From NCBI RefSeq assembly GCF_009914755.1, contig NC_060945.1: a DNA stretch of 64,000 nucleotides; one strand, given 5' to 3'. This DNA comes from the human T2T-CHM13v2.0 reference genome, Homo sapiens. Made by a program: the position numbers and the translations under genes. Of the stretch, positions 25,169-38,241 are shown piece after piece. The notes beneath the pieces were generated by a model. It was not told the DNA's origin. It ran no database searches and was given only the letters and a program-made list of their open reading frames with translations. Position 1 is the first letter of the stretch. Every line of letters starts with the position of its first letter.

Positions 25169-25541
25169 ATAGGTATAATGATATTTTAGTATCAGTGAAT
25201 CTCACTTTACAGATTAAAGATTTAGGGGTGAAGTGGGGTTTTTTGGCCACCATTTTTCATTGTGACCATCAGATCTGAGGTCTTAGGGGTTAATTATCTG
25301 AAACTTCATGGTTTTCCCTGAGCCTATAGCTCTGCTTCTGCCACAGATAATTTATTTTCTCATAATTCCAGCTTGGTACCTCCAGGGTTGTGTTTGTGGG
25401 TTCATTTCTCCAAAGTTACTTCTTTTGGGGGAAATACCCCTGGGACTCTTAGGGCCTAAAGCAAGTGCAAGGTCAGGACTTGTCTCACCTCTCACTTGCC
25501 TTTGCCATACTCACGAGTCACCTCCTCTCATTTCCTTACAG

Positions 25542-25680
25542 ATCAAGACACTCATCAAGAAGTACATCCAGAGGCAGGAGACAATCAGCCTGGTGGTGGT
25601 CCCCAGTAATGTGGACATTGCCACCACAGAGGCTCTCAGCATGGCCCAGGAGGTGGACCCCGAGGGAGACAGGACCATCG
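25542..25680 (+). CDS. MX1: MxA coding exon 5
   Basis: [10 protein letters not shown]...GDRTI; AG/GT. Confidence 0.98.
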
Positions 25681-25854
25681 GTGAGAGTGGGGGAGCCCCA
25701 CTGTGCTCAGTGAGAATGGGGGAGCCCGCCTGTGCTCGATGAGAATGGGGGAGCCCGCCTGTGCTCGGTGAGAATGGGGGAGCCCGCCTGTGCTCGGTGA
25801 GAATGGGGGAGCCCGCCTGTGCTCGGTGAGAATGGGGGAGCCCGCCTGTGCTCG
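25681..25854 (+). repeat. 29-bp minisatellite x6 (GTGAGAATGGGGGAGCCCGCCTGTGCTCG) starting at the splice donor
   Basis: Units start at 25681, 25710, 25739, 25768, 25797 and 25826. Confidence 0.97.
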
Positions 25855-26399
25855 GTGGTCTGCCAGTGGGCAAGCGTCCCTCCAGTCTCCATGGGCTTTG
25901 CTCAGTGGGGACCTGCCTCCACTAAGACCTGCTAAGGGAGCAGGTTTGGTGCCCACCAAGGCCAAGTGAAATGAGCTGCTTTTGACTCTCACTGGCTAGG
26001 TTGCCTTGTAAGCCTTATCTACTTGCTCAGAAAGGCACAGTGGGCTCGGAAGCAGGTCAAACTCAGGAGGCACATGGTACTCATTAAGAATGCATTTGAG
26101 ATGGGATGTCCATAACTCAAGGGATAAACAAAACGTGGCGTGTTCTACAGTGGACCCGGGTGAAGGAGCTTGGGGAGAGCCACATGCTGTTCTGGGAGGC
26201 ATCCCTGCCTTCACGCGGCTTGTCGTGGAGTTCTTTTCTGGAGCGGGGCTCCACTGCCCCCATGGTTCTGCAGGGGCTATGGCCTGTCCTCAAGCAAGGA
26301 TGGGAGGAAACCCTGGGAGGCCGGGGGCGTGAGCAGTTGTTCGTTCACCTCTGCCTCGTGACTGAGCACGTTCTCTCCCCAAATACATCTGGCTCGCAG

Positions 26400-26598
26400 G
26401 AATCTTGACGAAGCCTGATCTGGTGGACAAAGGAACTGAAGACAAGGTTGTGGACGTGGTGCGGAACCTCGTGTTCCACCTGAAGAAGGGTTACATGATT
26501 GTCAAGTGCCGGGGCCAGCAGGAGATCCAGGACCAGCTGAGCCTGTCCGAAGCCCTGCAGAGAGAGAAGATCTTCTTTGAGAACCACCCATATTTCAG
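26400..26598 (+). CDS. MX1: MxA coding exon 6 (G4 TKPD)
   Basis: [12 protein letters not shown]...HPYFR; AG/GT. Confidence 0.98.
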
Positions 26599-26690
26599 GT
26601 GCGCTTGCCTGGGTTTCATCATGGATCAGTCCAAGCCCAGGATGTCAGGCCTTCCAGGGGACAGTGGCAGCCGTCCCACAGATGTGTGGA

Positions 26691-26743
26691 GTGTGTGTGT
26701 GTGTGTGTGTGTGTGCGTGTGTGTGTGTGCGCGTGTGTGTGTG
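26691..26743. repeat. Interrupted (GT)n microsatellite
   Basis: Directly visible. Confidence 0.9.
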
Positions 26744-27359
26744 ACTATGCTTGTTCCCCAACAAGGACTATGGAATTCACCTAGAAGAATAGGAAGGGGA
26801 TTACAAAATACTGCCAAGAAAAAAAAAACTAAAAACCAATCAAAATAGGGAGAGAACAATGTACAATAATTTACGTAGCATGGTGCTGGAACCATATTTT
26901 ATAAAAACATAAATAGAAGAGAATAGGAAAAAAGTAGAAAGCCCAGAAATAGACCTAGATATATATATTTGACACATGATGAATGCAGCATTTCAAATCA
27001 AATAGTGGACTATATCAGCTTGAGTATCTATTAGCGGTGTTAGGATAATTAATATTTGGGAAAAAACTAAAATACTGCCCTTACTTATCTCATTATACCA
27101 AAATAGTTAAAGTTTAAAGTTAAATATTAAGAGGAAGCAATAAGCATCTCAGAAGAAAGGTAGGTGAATAGTTTATAAGATTTTTCTATCCCTCCTACCA
27201 AAAGTGACATTTTTTAAAAGGAAAAGACTGACAAATTGATAAGATTTAAAATGATGAGACTATGTAGAGTTGTAAACATTCTTGCATTCAGTTCTCCCAG
27301 AAGCCTACAGAGAGCCATTACTCAGAATTCCAGGAATATCAAATGGAAACTTACATCCT

Positions 27360-27820
27360 GTTCTGCACATTCACAATTGCCAGAAGATGAGATGATTCAG
27401 TGTCCATTGATGGATGGATGCAGAAAGCAATGTGGTCTGTACAAAAACATGGAATACTTTCAGCCTTAGAAAGGAAAGACATTCTGACACATGCTACAAC
27501 ATGGATGAAGCTTGGGAACATTCTACTAAGTGAAAGAACCCAGTCGTAAGAGGACGGATACTGTCTGATTCCACTTAGCTGAGGTCCCTGGAGTAGTCAG
27601 ATTCATAGAGACAGAAAGAATGATGGGCGCCAGGGGCTGGGAGAGAGAGAATGGGCAGGTAGTGTTTAATGGGGCCATTGTTTCAGTTTGGGAATATGAA
27701 AAGTTCTGAAGACAGACAGTGGTGATGGTTGCATAATAGTGTGAATGTACTTAATGCCACTCAAGTGTACTCTTAAAGATGGTTAAATGGTCAATTTTAT
27801 ATGTAGTTTACCACAATTTA
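27360..27820 (+). mobile_element. L1M (L1MB-like) 3' end fragment
   Basis: ctacaacatggatgaagcttgggaacattctactaagtgaaag...aatagtgtgaatgtacttaatgccact. Confidence 0.7.
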
Positions 27821-28479
27821 GAAAAATTGACAGAGAAACTGAAGCTTAGGTATGAGTATACTCTCACAAAAAGGCACAGAAACTCATGCTTCACTGCTGC
27901 CTTTATCCTAAAATGTCCTATAAAATGTGGGAAACCCTGTAATAACTCACTCTGTGAGCACAAATTTGGATCGAGTGAGAAGATGCTTGACTTCCTTCCT
28001 CCAGGCAGCCCATGGTTTAAGTTTTTATCTTGGACAAGATATCTTGTGTCTCTTCTCCCCAGTGTTCTGCTACCCATTTATCTCAATATGCTTCAATGTA
28101 TTTGTATGAAGATATGTCTGTATCCATTATGATTACCTACACATATTACACATAGAAGGGGGTATGTGTTATAAAAACATATCTATACATGTCTGTGTAT
28201 TTTTGTGATGACCAAGTCTATAGTCAAACACCATGATACACATTTATTATATCAGCTGGAAGAGCTCATTCCATATCATTGTGGAAATATCCTAGATTGC
28301 TAAAATTCAGTCATAATCCTATTCAATCCAGTTCTGAGTATTTGTTGGGTACCAACTGCAAGACATTCCATCCAGTTGTAAGCAACTGAAATTTGCCTTG
28401 ACTTTCCCCAACAGCAAAAAGGCAGACATGCGTGTTCTGGCTACATCAAGGTGGAAATCGGTCCTGTGTTCTCTTCTAG

Positions 28480-28558
28480 GGATCTGCTGGAGGAAGGAAA
28501 GGCCACGGTTCCCTGCCTGGCAGAAAAACTTACCAGCGAGCTCATCACACATATCTGT
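28480..28558 (+). CDS. MX1: MxA coding exon 7
   Basis: [26 protein letters not shown]; AG/GT. Confidence 0.97.
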
Positions 28559-28917
28559 GTAAGCACGGGCAGAGCTGTGGGTTCTCTAAAAAGAATACTA
28601 CGACCGCAGAGCTGAACCTTGCTGGCTTCTTAAACATCACTGTACACACAGATCTTCTGAGGATCTTGTTAAGATGCAGTTTCAGATTCTGTGGGTCTGG
28701 AGTGGGGCCTAGAATTCTGCATTTCCAGCAAGCCCCCAGACAATGTGGATATTCCTTTTCAGGGGACCACAGTCAGGGGGGATGCTGATAGACTATATCT
28801 ACTGGGCCAAAATAAAAATTAAAATCTTATACACAAGCTACTAACTCTTCCTTTCTCATTGACAACCACTATTATAATGTCTTATTCATTCTAATGAACA
28901 TATTTTTTAACTTCTAA

Positions 28918-29234
<317 letters not shown>

Positions 29235-30137
29235 TTTTTCAAATTTTCAACTCAGCACCAGAGTGCAGGGTCTTCCACGTGGTCCCCAGGAATGCGGGTG
29301 CATAACAGGGTTGTTTCCAGCCGACCATGATGAGTGCAGAGCTCTCTGGGGTCCCACTGTATGCAGAAAGAGGATGCTTCCTTATTAGATTCCCCACCTC
29401 GAGCAAGCCCATGGGGATTGATTTTTTGCCTCTGCACCAAGTCAGGTTCATAAGTTCCCGTTCGAATTTTCTTACCTAGACAGATGCCCTTGTGGCTGAG
29501 CCGGGCTTCATTGCTGCCTTCTCCTTGAGCCCCTGCCTGGCCACTGTTACTGGGGCTGGCCTCTGACTACCCCTCACTAACTTGTGAGTCCACCGATACA
29601 TTTAAAGGTGCAGCTTTCACATGTCAGCTGGCATTTTTAGATGTTTGCCGTGGAAGGGTGAGCCAGCATATGGCGTCAACCGTATTGTTAAAAACATAAG
29701 TCTCTGATCACTTTTTATTGATTGCAAGCAACATAAAAGTTGTTGAATCTCAAATTGCTCCAAATGCCACTTTTTCAGAACCTACTAGACAAGTGGATCT
29801 CTCCAGTCTCCCTCCAGAGAGTTTACCTAATATGACCACAGAGGAACTGCTCCCGGGTCACTCTGCCGGGGCCTAGGACCCATGCACAGTGGGTGCCACA
29901 GTGCTGCTCATGAGGCTGCTGTCGCAGGAGTGGGGAAGGAGGAAGACCTGGGCAGAAAACAGTGCCCCCAGTGTGTGCCCCCCTGCACCTCCCCCGGGTC
30001 TGGAAAAGCTTCCTTTTAGAGGAAGCCAGGAAGTCAAATGGCCCACACAACTCCTCTGCAGAGGGAGGCCCGGGACCTCCTTTTCATTCTCTGTTCATCT
30101 TTACACATTTCCATTATTTTCTCTCCATTTTCCTCAG

Positions 30138-30260
30138 AAATCTCTGCCCCTGTTAGAAAATCAAATCAAGGAGACTCACCAGAGAATAACAGAGGAGCTA
30201 CAAAAGTATGGTGTCGACATACCGGAAGACGAAAATGAAAAAATGTTCTTCCTGATAGAT
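30138..30260 (+). CDS. MX1: MxA coding exon 8
   Basis: [14 protein letters not shown]...MFFLID; AG/GT. Confidence 0.98.
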
Positions 30261-30689
30261 GTGAGTGTTGCCAGCTGCATGGAGCTGGAGAAGCACATGT
30301 CATGGTCAAAAAAGGGACCCTGGGCCTTATGCACTTCCTTCTTCGCTCCCCCAAGGCTGATCCAAAGACATCTGACCCGTAGCACTCAAAGGGTGGACAG
30401 GGCTGAGGGAGGCAGGGCAGGGAGTGCGGATGTGGGGGTGGAGTCAGCAGCGAGGGATGCTCAGGCTGCGTTGTGCCTACTCTGTCACGAGCATCACCCA
30501 GATCCCTAAGGCAGTAAGGGGTGGGATAGGATTTTCTAGTGCCAAAACCTCTTCTTTCCCCTGATCCACAGTGTCCCATAAGAAAGCAAAGAATGACTCC
30601 CCACCCTCCACATAGGCACGGCCTCCAAATGACCTTGACACTTGGATTTGAAGTCTATCCACTTATACTGATGTTTTTCTTCTTGACAG

Positions 30690-30831
30690 AAAATTAATGC
30701 CTTTAATCAGGACATCACTGCTCTCATGCAAGGAGAGGAAACTGTAGGGGAGGAAGACATTCGGCTGTTTACCAGACTCCGACACGAGTTCCACAAATGG
30801 AGTACAATAATTGAAAACAATTTTCAAGAAG
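30690..30831 (+). CDS. MX1: MxA coding exon 9
   Basis: [17 protein letters not shown]...NNFQE; AG/GT. Confidence 0.97.
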
Positions 30832-30836
30832 GTGAG

Positions 30837-31542
30837 TGTCTTAGTCCCTTCTTTTGGGCTGCTACAACTGAATACCTGAGACTGGGTCATTTATGAACAG
30901 TAGAAACTTATTGCTCATTGTTCTGGAGGTGAGAAATCTATTCTTAAGGAATCAGGAAATTTGGTGTCTGGTGAGAGCTTGTTCTCTGCTTCAAAGATGG
31001 CACCTTCTAGCTGTGTCCTCTCATGGGATAAGGGATGAACAAGCTTCCTCGGACCTCTTTTTTACAGGGGTACCACAGGCATACCTCAGAGATATTGTGG
31101 GTTCAGTTCCAGACAAAACAAATATTGCAATAATGCAAGTCATATAAACTTCTTGGTTCCTGGTGCATAAACAGTTCATTTATGCCCTACTGCAGTCTAT
31201 TAAGTATGTAATAGCATTAGGCCTAAAAAATATGTATGTACCTTAGTTTAAAACACCTTATTGCTAAAAAATTGCTGATACAGAAACAAAAAGTGAGCAT
31301 GTGCTACTGGAAAAAAAATGGTGCTGATTTGCTTGACATGGGATTGCCACAGACTTTCAATTTGTAAAAAATACGGTATCAGTGAAGTGCAATAAAACAA
31401 GATATGCCTGGAATGCCATTATGCGGGCAGAGTGCTCATAACCCAATCCTTCCTAAAGGTCTCCTCTGTTGATACCATCACACTGGGGATTAAGTTTCAA
31501 CATAGGAATTTTTAGGGGACACCAACATGTAGACCATAGCAA
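30837..31542. mobile_element. MLT1A-like LTR interrupted by a Tigger1 derivative
   Basis: tgtcttagtcc...ggggacaccaacatgtagaccatagca. Confidence 0.7.
31076..31410 (+). mobile_element. Internally deleted Tigger1 DNA transposon
   Basis: Inverted termini CAGGCATA / TATGCCTG; both Tigger1 ends present with the interior missing. Confidence 0.8.
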
Positions 31543-31724
31543 TGAGTCAATACCGTGGTAAACCTGATACGTTGGCTTAAGACAGAGAAGAGTGGGGCAG
31601 TTGGGGAGGATGGTCAGGATAAGGAGCTAGTGACAACTAAAGCCATGTTTGCTCTCTTCTATATCACTGAACCCAAATGACCATCCACTGATGAAATGAT
31701 AAACCAACTGGCGTGTGTCTGTGT

Positions 31725-32108
31725 GTCGCAGTTGGCTTTGGCTGTCATAACAAAGTACCACAGACTTGGGGGAGCTTAAACAGTAGAAATTTATTTTCTT
31801 ACAGTTCTGGAGGCTGGAAGTCCAAGATCAAGATGTTGGTGGAGCTGGTTCCTTCTAAGGCCTCTCTCCTTGCCTTGCAGATGGCCTCTTCTCATTGGGT
31901 CCTCATGTGGTTGTCCCTCAGTGTGTGTGTCCTCATCTCCTCCCACAAGGACACTAGGCAGATGGGATAAGGGCCCACCCTAGTGACCTGATTTCAATTT
32001 AATTACCTCTTTGCCTGTCTCCAAACACAGTCAGATTCTGAGTTTCTGAGGGTTAGGACTTCAACATTGGAGTTTGAAGAGGTCACAACTCAAGCTCAGC
32101 CCGTAACA
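31725..32108. mobile_element. MLT1 LTR
   Basis: ggctgtcataacaaagtaccacagact...ggttaggacttcaaca. Confidence 0.7.
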
Positions 32109-32423
32109 CCAAGTCCTGGAATATTTCCAGCCACAGACAGGCACAGAGTGCTGGTCCACAGCACCCCATGGATGAACCTTGAAAATGTCATGCTGAGTGA
32201 AAGAAGCCAGCCACAAAGGCCACACGGTCTATGATTCCATTGATAGAAAATGGCTAGAACAGGCAAACCCAGGCAGGCAGAAAGCAGAATAGTGGCTGCC
32301 AGGGGCTGGGGAGGGAAAAGTGGGAAGATATCACTGATGGGTGATGGATGTGGGGTTTGGGAGTTATGTCTGGGGATGGTCGCACAACTTTGTGAATATA
32401 CTAAAATTCACTCACCCATACAC

Positions 32424-32719
32424 TTTTTTTTTTCTTTTTCTTTGGAGACAGGGTCTCACTCTGTTGCCCAGGCTGGGGTGCAGTGGCTCAGTCTCGGCTC
32501 ACTGCACCCTCTGCCTCCCAGATTCAAGCGATTCTCCTGCTTCAGCCTCCACCTCCCTAGTAGCTGGGATTATAGGCACCTGTCTAATTTTTGTATTTTT
32601 AGTAGAGATGGGGTTTCACCATGTTGGCCAGGCTGGTCTCGACCTCCTGACCTCAGGTGATCACTGGCCTCAGCCTCCCAGAGTGCTGGGATTACGGGCG
32701 TGAGCCACTGTGCCTGGCC
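32424..32719 (-). mobile_element. Alu inside an L1M fragment
   Basis: Antisense Alu. Confidence 0.9.
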
Positions 32720-33214
32720 TGAACCATATATTTTTAACAGAGTGAATGTTATACTATGTAAATGACATCTCAGTTAGAAAAATCCTTATGGGAAAATATT
32801 TCCTGACTAAAAAAAGTGTTCTAGATTACCACTCAAAAAGGAACTCAAACCCTCTGAACTTCTGATGGGGCTAACTCTCTCTAGTGTGGATTGTTGGGAG
32901 TACAAATCATTCCAAAAGTTTAAAGAAAAATGCAGCATCTTACACAGTGAACAGTGCTACTGTATCACATTCATACAAGTTGATGTGCCTGGTTTACTCT
33001 GTTATCCCATTTGACTTGTAAACACTTTCTACACATGGCAATACTTTCGACACATGAATATGTGATGTATTGTTAATTCCAGAAAGTGTTCATGCTCATT
33101 TCTAATGGGCATGCAGTTGAGGGCAAGGAGTGTATTATGGTACAATTTCTTTGGTAAAACTAAAATTGGATTCACAAAACTTCATACTCGAGTACGTTTT
33201 TAAGAAGGGGTCTT

Positions 33215-33592
<378 letters not shown>

Positions 33593-33618
33593 CTAAGGAA
33601 AATTATCTTCAGATCTGG

Positions 33619-33621
<3 letters not shown>

Positions 33622-33662
<41 letters not shown>
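33622..33662. repeat. (GT)n microsatellite
   Basis: Directly visible. Confidence 0.95.
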
Positions 33663-33665
<3 letters not shown>

Positions 33666-33819
33666 CCCTGGATATTTTTAGTTTACCAGTTAGATTTGAT
33701 TTGATACCACTTTTTCTTGCCATTTATATTTTCAGAAAATTTAGAATGGTATTGTGTTTAGAAAAATGTGCAAGATTATTTTTGTAAAATAATTTAGAGG
33801 GTTTTTTTTCCTGCTATAG

Positions 33820-33978
33820 GCCATAAAATTTTGAGTAGAAAAATCCAGAAATTTGAAAATCAGTATCGTGGTAGAGAGCTGCCAGGCTTTGTGAATTACA
33901 GGACATTTGAGACAATCGTGAAACAGCAAATCAAGGCACTGGAAGAGCCGGCTGTGGATATGCTACACACCGTGACGG
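33820..33978 (+). CDS. MX1: MxA coding exon 10
   Basis: [24 protein letters not shown]...LHTVT; AG/GT. Confidence 0.98.
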
Positions 33979-34064
33979 GTGAGTGCTCAGTTTCACCTCT
34001 GAGCATTGATTTCTAAAGAAAGGAAAGGTTCGAACCAAAGCCAGCACCAAACTTCAGCACTTTC

Positions 34065-34782
34065 CTCCTGGGGTGCATCCCACACCAACGAGCAAACCTC
34101 TCATTCTCCAGATGCCAAGTTGGTATTCAACAATTCAATTCAATTCTGACACTAACTACCCTCAGTCAGTGTGGACCCCATAGCTTAAGGGCTCAGTTCC
34201 ACAACACTGGCCCCAACTACAAATGCCGGTCACAAGTCCCAGACCTCCTATTCTTCTGATGGACTGTTTATAAATCAAGGTTCTTGCGACCCATTCCTCA
34301 GGTCAACCAAGAACTCTGGAACACACTTCACTGACATTTACTGGTCTATTAGAAAGGATTTGATAAGGGGCACAAATGAAGCTGTTGGAGAGGCACATAG
34401 TGGGGGCCTGAACACAGAAGCTTCTGTCCCCACGGGGTTGGGGGCACCACCCTCATGGCACAGAGATGTGGTCATCAACCAGGGAGCTCTTGGAACCTCA
34501 CCACGGAGAAGGTTTTATGGAGGCCTCATCATGAAGGCATGATGGAGGATTGACTCAATCTCCAGGCCCTCCCTCCTCTGTGGAGCTGGAAGTTCTAAGT
34601 TTCTAGCCAAGGCTTGGTCTTTCTAGTGCCCGGCCCCAATCCTGAAGCTATGTAGGGGCCCACCAGGCATCATCTCTTCAAAACACGAGATACTCCTAAG
34701 GCTGGACATTCCAAGAGATGTAGGGGCTCTATGTTAGGAAATGGGGACAAAGACAAAATATTTATATTTTTCCTATCACACC
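34065..34782. mobile_element. MER21-family LTR
   Basis: caattcaattctgacactaactacc...tttatatttttcctatcaca. Confidence 0.6.
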
Positions 34783-35849
34783 ACACCTCCCCCCTGCTCC
34801 ACTGCTATGCTGGCTTCACACTCAAAATCGGCTGTTTATTTGAAATCTCCGAGGAGTAAAGCCAATGGTTCCATAACTGCACGTGTAGATGTGTTTGGAA
34901 CCTTTTGGAGTGCTGTAGGAATCTAGGTGTGTCACGGATAGGTAGGAAACTAGATCCTACTGTGGATCCACTCCCTTCTTGAAATGCTTTGCTTTCTTGG
35001 TTTTCCAGGTATTAAATCTCTATTCTTCATCCTCTCCTTGACTGACAGTATCCTTACTCACACTTCAGCTGCCTCATCTTAGCAGTAATTAATAATCACT
35101 CATGGATCCATGAACTAAGGAGCTGGAGATAGCCTCAGAACAGCTCATTCAGAGGTGTATTTCCAGTAAAATTGACCTTTTTGCCCTGATAATCATATAC
35201 CAAAACCTGCAATCATGTTGTTTTGGTCCATTGTAGACTCTTAACTCATTCCAGAGGAAAGTTTATAATACTTAGAGCCTTATAGTCATAAAAATCAACA
35301 TAGATATACCTATTTCTTTTTCAGAAATGTATGACATGGAGATCAATAAGAGGTTTTCAATCATAAAGATACTATACCTTGTATTACAATAAAATTCTGT
35401 GAGGAAGTAGAATAGAAATGAGTTTCAAAAATAAAAGATAAATAATATAAATTTTTTAATCTAAGAGCTTGTTCTTGTATTTTTTTCAAATGGATAATGT
35501 AGACACTCAAATTCCATTGATATATTTAAGAGTGATTTGACTTATATTAAGAGTTGTATTATAAAATATTAATATTTATAATTTAAAAGAAATTACATTC
35601 TTTGCAGCTATTTAGGATAAAAAGTTTAAATATCAAATAAATGTATGCCAGGGGTCATTTGCTTTTAAGATTCTTCCAGCAAATTATTAAGCAAAAAGAG
35701 CATGCCTTGCTTTTTCATGGTAAAGAGAAGAAGGGAGCGGGGAGAGGGGAAACTTTACTTCATACCATTTGATCCTCATATTTTTTTGCATCTTAAGAAG
35801 AGAACAAATGATCCTACCAATATTGAACTATTTTTCTCTCTTTGATTAG

Positions 35850-35926
35850 ATATGGTCCGGCTTGCTTTCACAGATGTTTCGATAAAAAATTTTGAAGAGT
35901 TTTTTAACCTCCACAGAACCGCCAAG
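35850..35926 (+). CDS. MX1: MxA coding exon 11
   Basis: [26 protein letters not shown]; AG/GT. Confidence 0.97.
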
Positions 35927-36234
35927 GTAAAACCAACCATGTGTTGTTTAAAAAAAAAAAAGAAAAGAAATTAAGCTTGACACTAGAAAATAGATTTCTT
36001 GGATGAGGATTATTTCAACTTTATTGTATACTTTTAGAACAGCAAATAACATCACTCACTAGTGCTTCTTCTGATGTTACCGGTGATGTCTGGTTAAAAG
36101 CAATAAAGGAGGGAGTGCTTAAACGCACAGAACAAGAGATCCACAGTTAGCGGAGAAGATTATCACATCTAAGGGCAATGGCTCCAAATCCAGAAACTCA
36201 CTGAGGAAACTACATATAAAAATAGAATATTTCT

Positions 36235-36546
36235 GGCCCGAGTGGGCATGATGAGCCTGTAATCCCAGCACTTTGGGAGGCTGAGGCCGGTAGATGACTT
36301 AAAGCCAGGAGTTTGAGACCAGCCTGGCCCACATGGCAAAACCCCATCTCTACTAAAAATACAAAAAAGTAGCTGGACGTGGTGGTGCATGCCTGTAATC
36401 CCAGCTACTTGGGAGGCTGACACTTTAGAATTGATTGAGCCCAGGAGGTGGAAGTTGCAGTGAGCCAACATTGCATCACTGCACTCTAGCCTAGGCGATG
36501 GAGCGAGACCCTGTCTCAAAAAAAAAAAAAAAAACAAACAAAAAAA
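36235..36546 (+). mobile_element. Alu
   Basis: Dimeric Alu with polyA. Confidence 0.9.
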
Positions 36547-37303
36547 CTTTCCATCCAGAGTGAGGAAAGAGCCTACAGGAAATGAGCCTGGGGGACAGAC
36601 TGGGCCAAGAGACCAGACTTAGCCACTCTTAGAAATAGGTGTCCCCGGCACAGATGAGGAGCCTGGCCCCATGATTCACCAGCTGGAGGCCTTGGGATGT
36701 GCCACTTCCAGCCTGTGCCCCTGACTCCTCATTCATAAAAGAAGACTGATAAGGCCTTCCTCAGAAGGTTGAGATGGACGTGGAGTAAGATGTTTAGGAT
36801 GCACCTGCCACTGTGCACTGTGCCTCTCCTCAAGGCCTGGAGGGTCCAGGGGTGAAGTTTCTCCTCCTCAGGTTTTGGCAACCAGTTTCTCTAAACCCCG
36901 GGAACATAAAACATAATTTTCTGACTTAAACATGGCTTTCCTGCTCATCCCTGTGGATTATCTGATGGATATGACAATCCTCGCCATCAGATATAGAAGC
37001 CCCTAAAAGAGAAAGGAAAGAAGCTGAGTTACGGGGCCTGAAAGCAAGCCTGTGCAGGTCCCCAGGCCCCGGGATGGGGGTCCGGCCCATCTGTGGCTCA
37101 AGCCTCCTGGGAAGCTCTGACCCTCAGCCAGGGCTAGAAACCTGCCTTAGATACACCAGGGCGCGGCCCAGAGGGCTGTTCCAGGAAACGTGCTGTTTCA
37201 CTCACGTTGGGTAACCTGGTATTTACGGACTTCTTACCTACTTTCCTGTGACTCAGGAATTTGTGTCTTGAGGGAAACTGTATTTATTTATTTTTTACTG
37301 TAG

Positions 37304-37552
37304 TCCAAAATTGAAGACATTAGAGCAGAACAAGAGAGAGAAGGTGAGAAGCTGATCCGCCTCCACTTCCAGATGGAACAGATTGTCTACTGCCAGGACC
37401 AGGTATACAGGGGTGCATTGCAGAAGGTCAGAGAGAAGGAGCTGGAAGAAGAAAAGAAGAAGAAATCCTGGGATTTTGGGGCTTTCCAATCCAGCTCGGC
37501 AACAGACTCTTCCATGGAGGAGATCTTTCAGCACCTGATGGCCTATCACCAG
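37304..37552 (+). CDS. MX1: MxA coding exon 12 (loop L4; F561 codon at 37475-37477)
   Basis: [10 protein letters not shown]...[18 protein letters not shown]...MAYHQ; AG/GT. Confidence 0.98.
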
Positions 37553-37682
37553 GTACGTCTTCGCGTGGTTCAGGATGCCAGCTTCCATTCTTTCCTTTTC
37601 TTCTGAACGCCTCTCTCTTTAGTCTTGCTTTCTCTGTAGGTGACGTTGGTCAGCTCTGTCGTTTACCTCCTTGTTAGCCTCC

Positions 37683-38050
37683 TGTATTAGTCCATTTTCA
37701 TGCTGCTGATAAAGACATACCTGAGACTGGGCAATTTACAAAAGAAAGAGGTTTAACGGACTTACAGTTCCACATGGCTGGGGAGGCCTTCTACCATCAC
37801 GGCAGAAGGCAATGGGCACTTCTTACCTGGCGGCGGTGGCAAGAGAGAGAATGAGAGCCAAGTGAAAGGGGTTTCCCCTTATCAAACCATCAGATCTCAT
37901 GAGACTTACTCACTACCATGAGAACAGTATTGGAGAAACTGCCCCCATGATTCAGTTATCTCCCCCTGAGTCCCTCCCACAACATGTGGGAATTATGGGA
38001 GTACAATTCAAGATGAGATTTGGGTGGGGACACAGAGCCAAACCATATCG
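37683..38050 (-). mobile_element. THE1/MST solo LTR
   Basis: tgtattagtccattttcatgctgctgataaag...gccaaaccatatc. Confidence 0.85.
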
Positions 38051-38241
38051 CCTTCGTAGAAGCAGCTCAACCTCAGACAGAGAGATGGTGGCTTAGAGCC
38101 AGTGACATCTGGTTTTGATGGCTGTCTAGCTCTGGCCAAGTTACTTAACCTCTCTGAGCCTCAGCTTTCTTTGTAAAATGGTGTCTCCTCATAGATTCTA
38201 GTGCATATTCCAGGAGACGAGTGTGGATGATGATAATGGAT

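Noticed and set aside
25681-25854. 29-bp direct repeats as a CRISPR array
   Set aside because: The units are head-to-tail with no spacers, there are no cas genes, and the context is a human intron.
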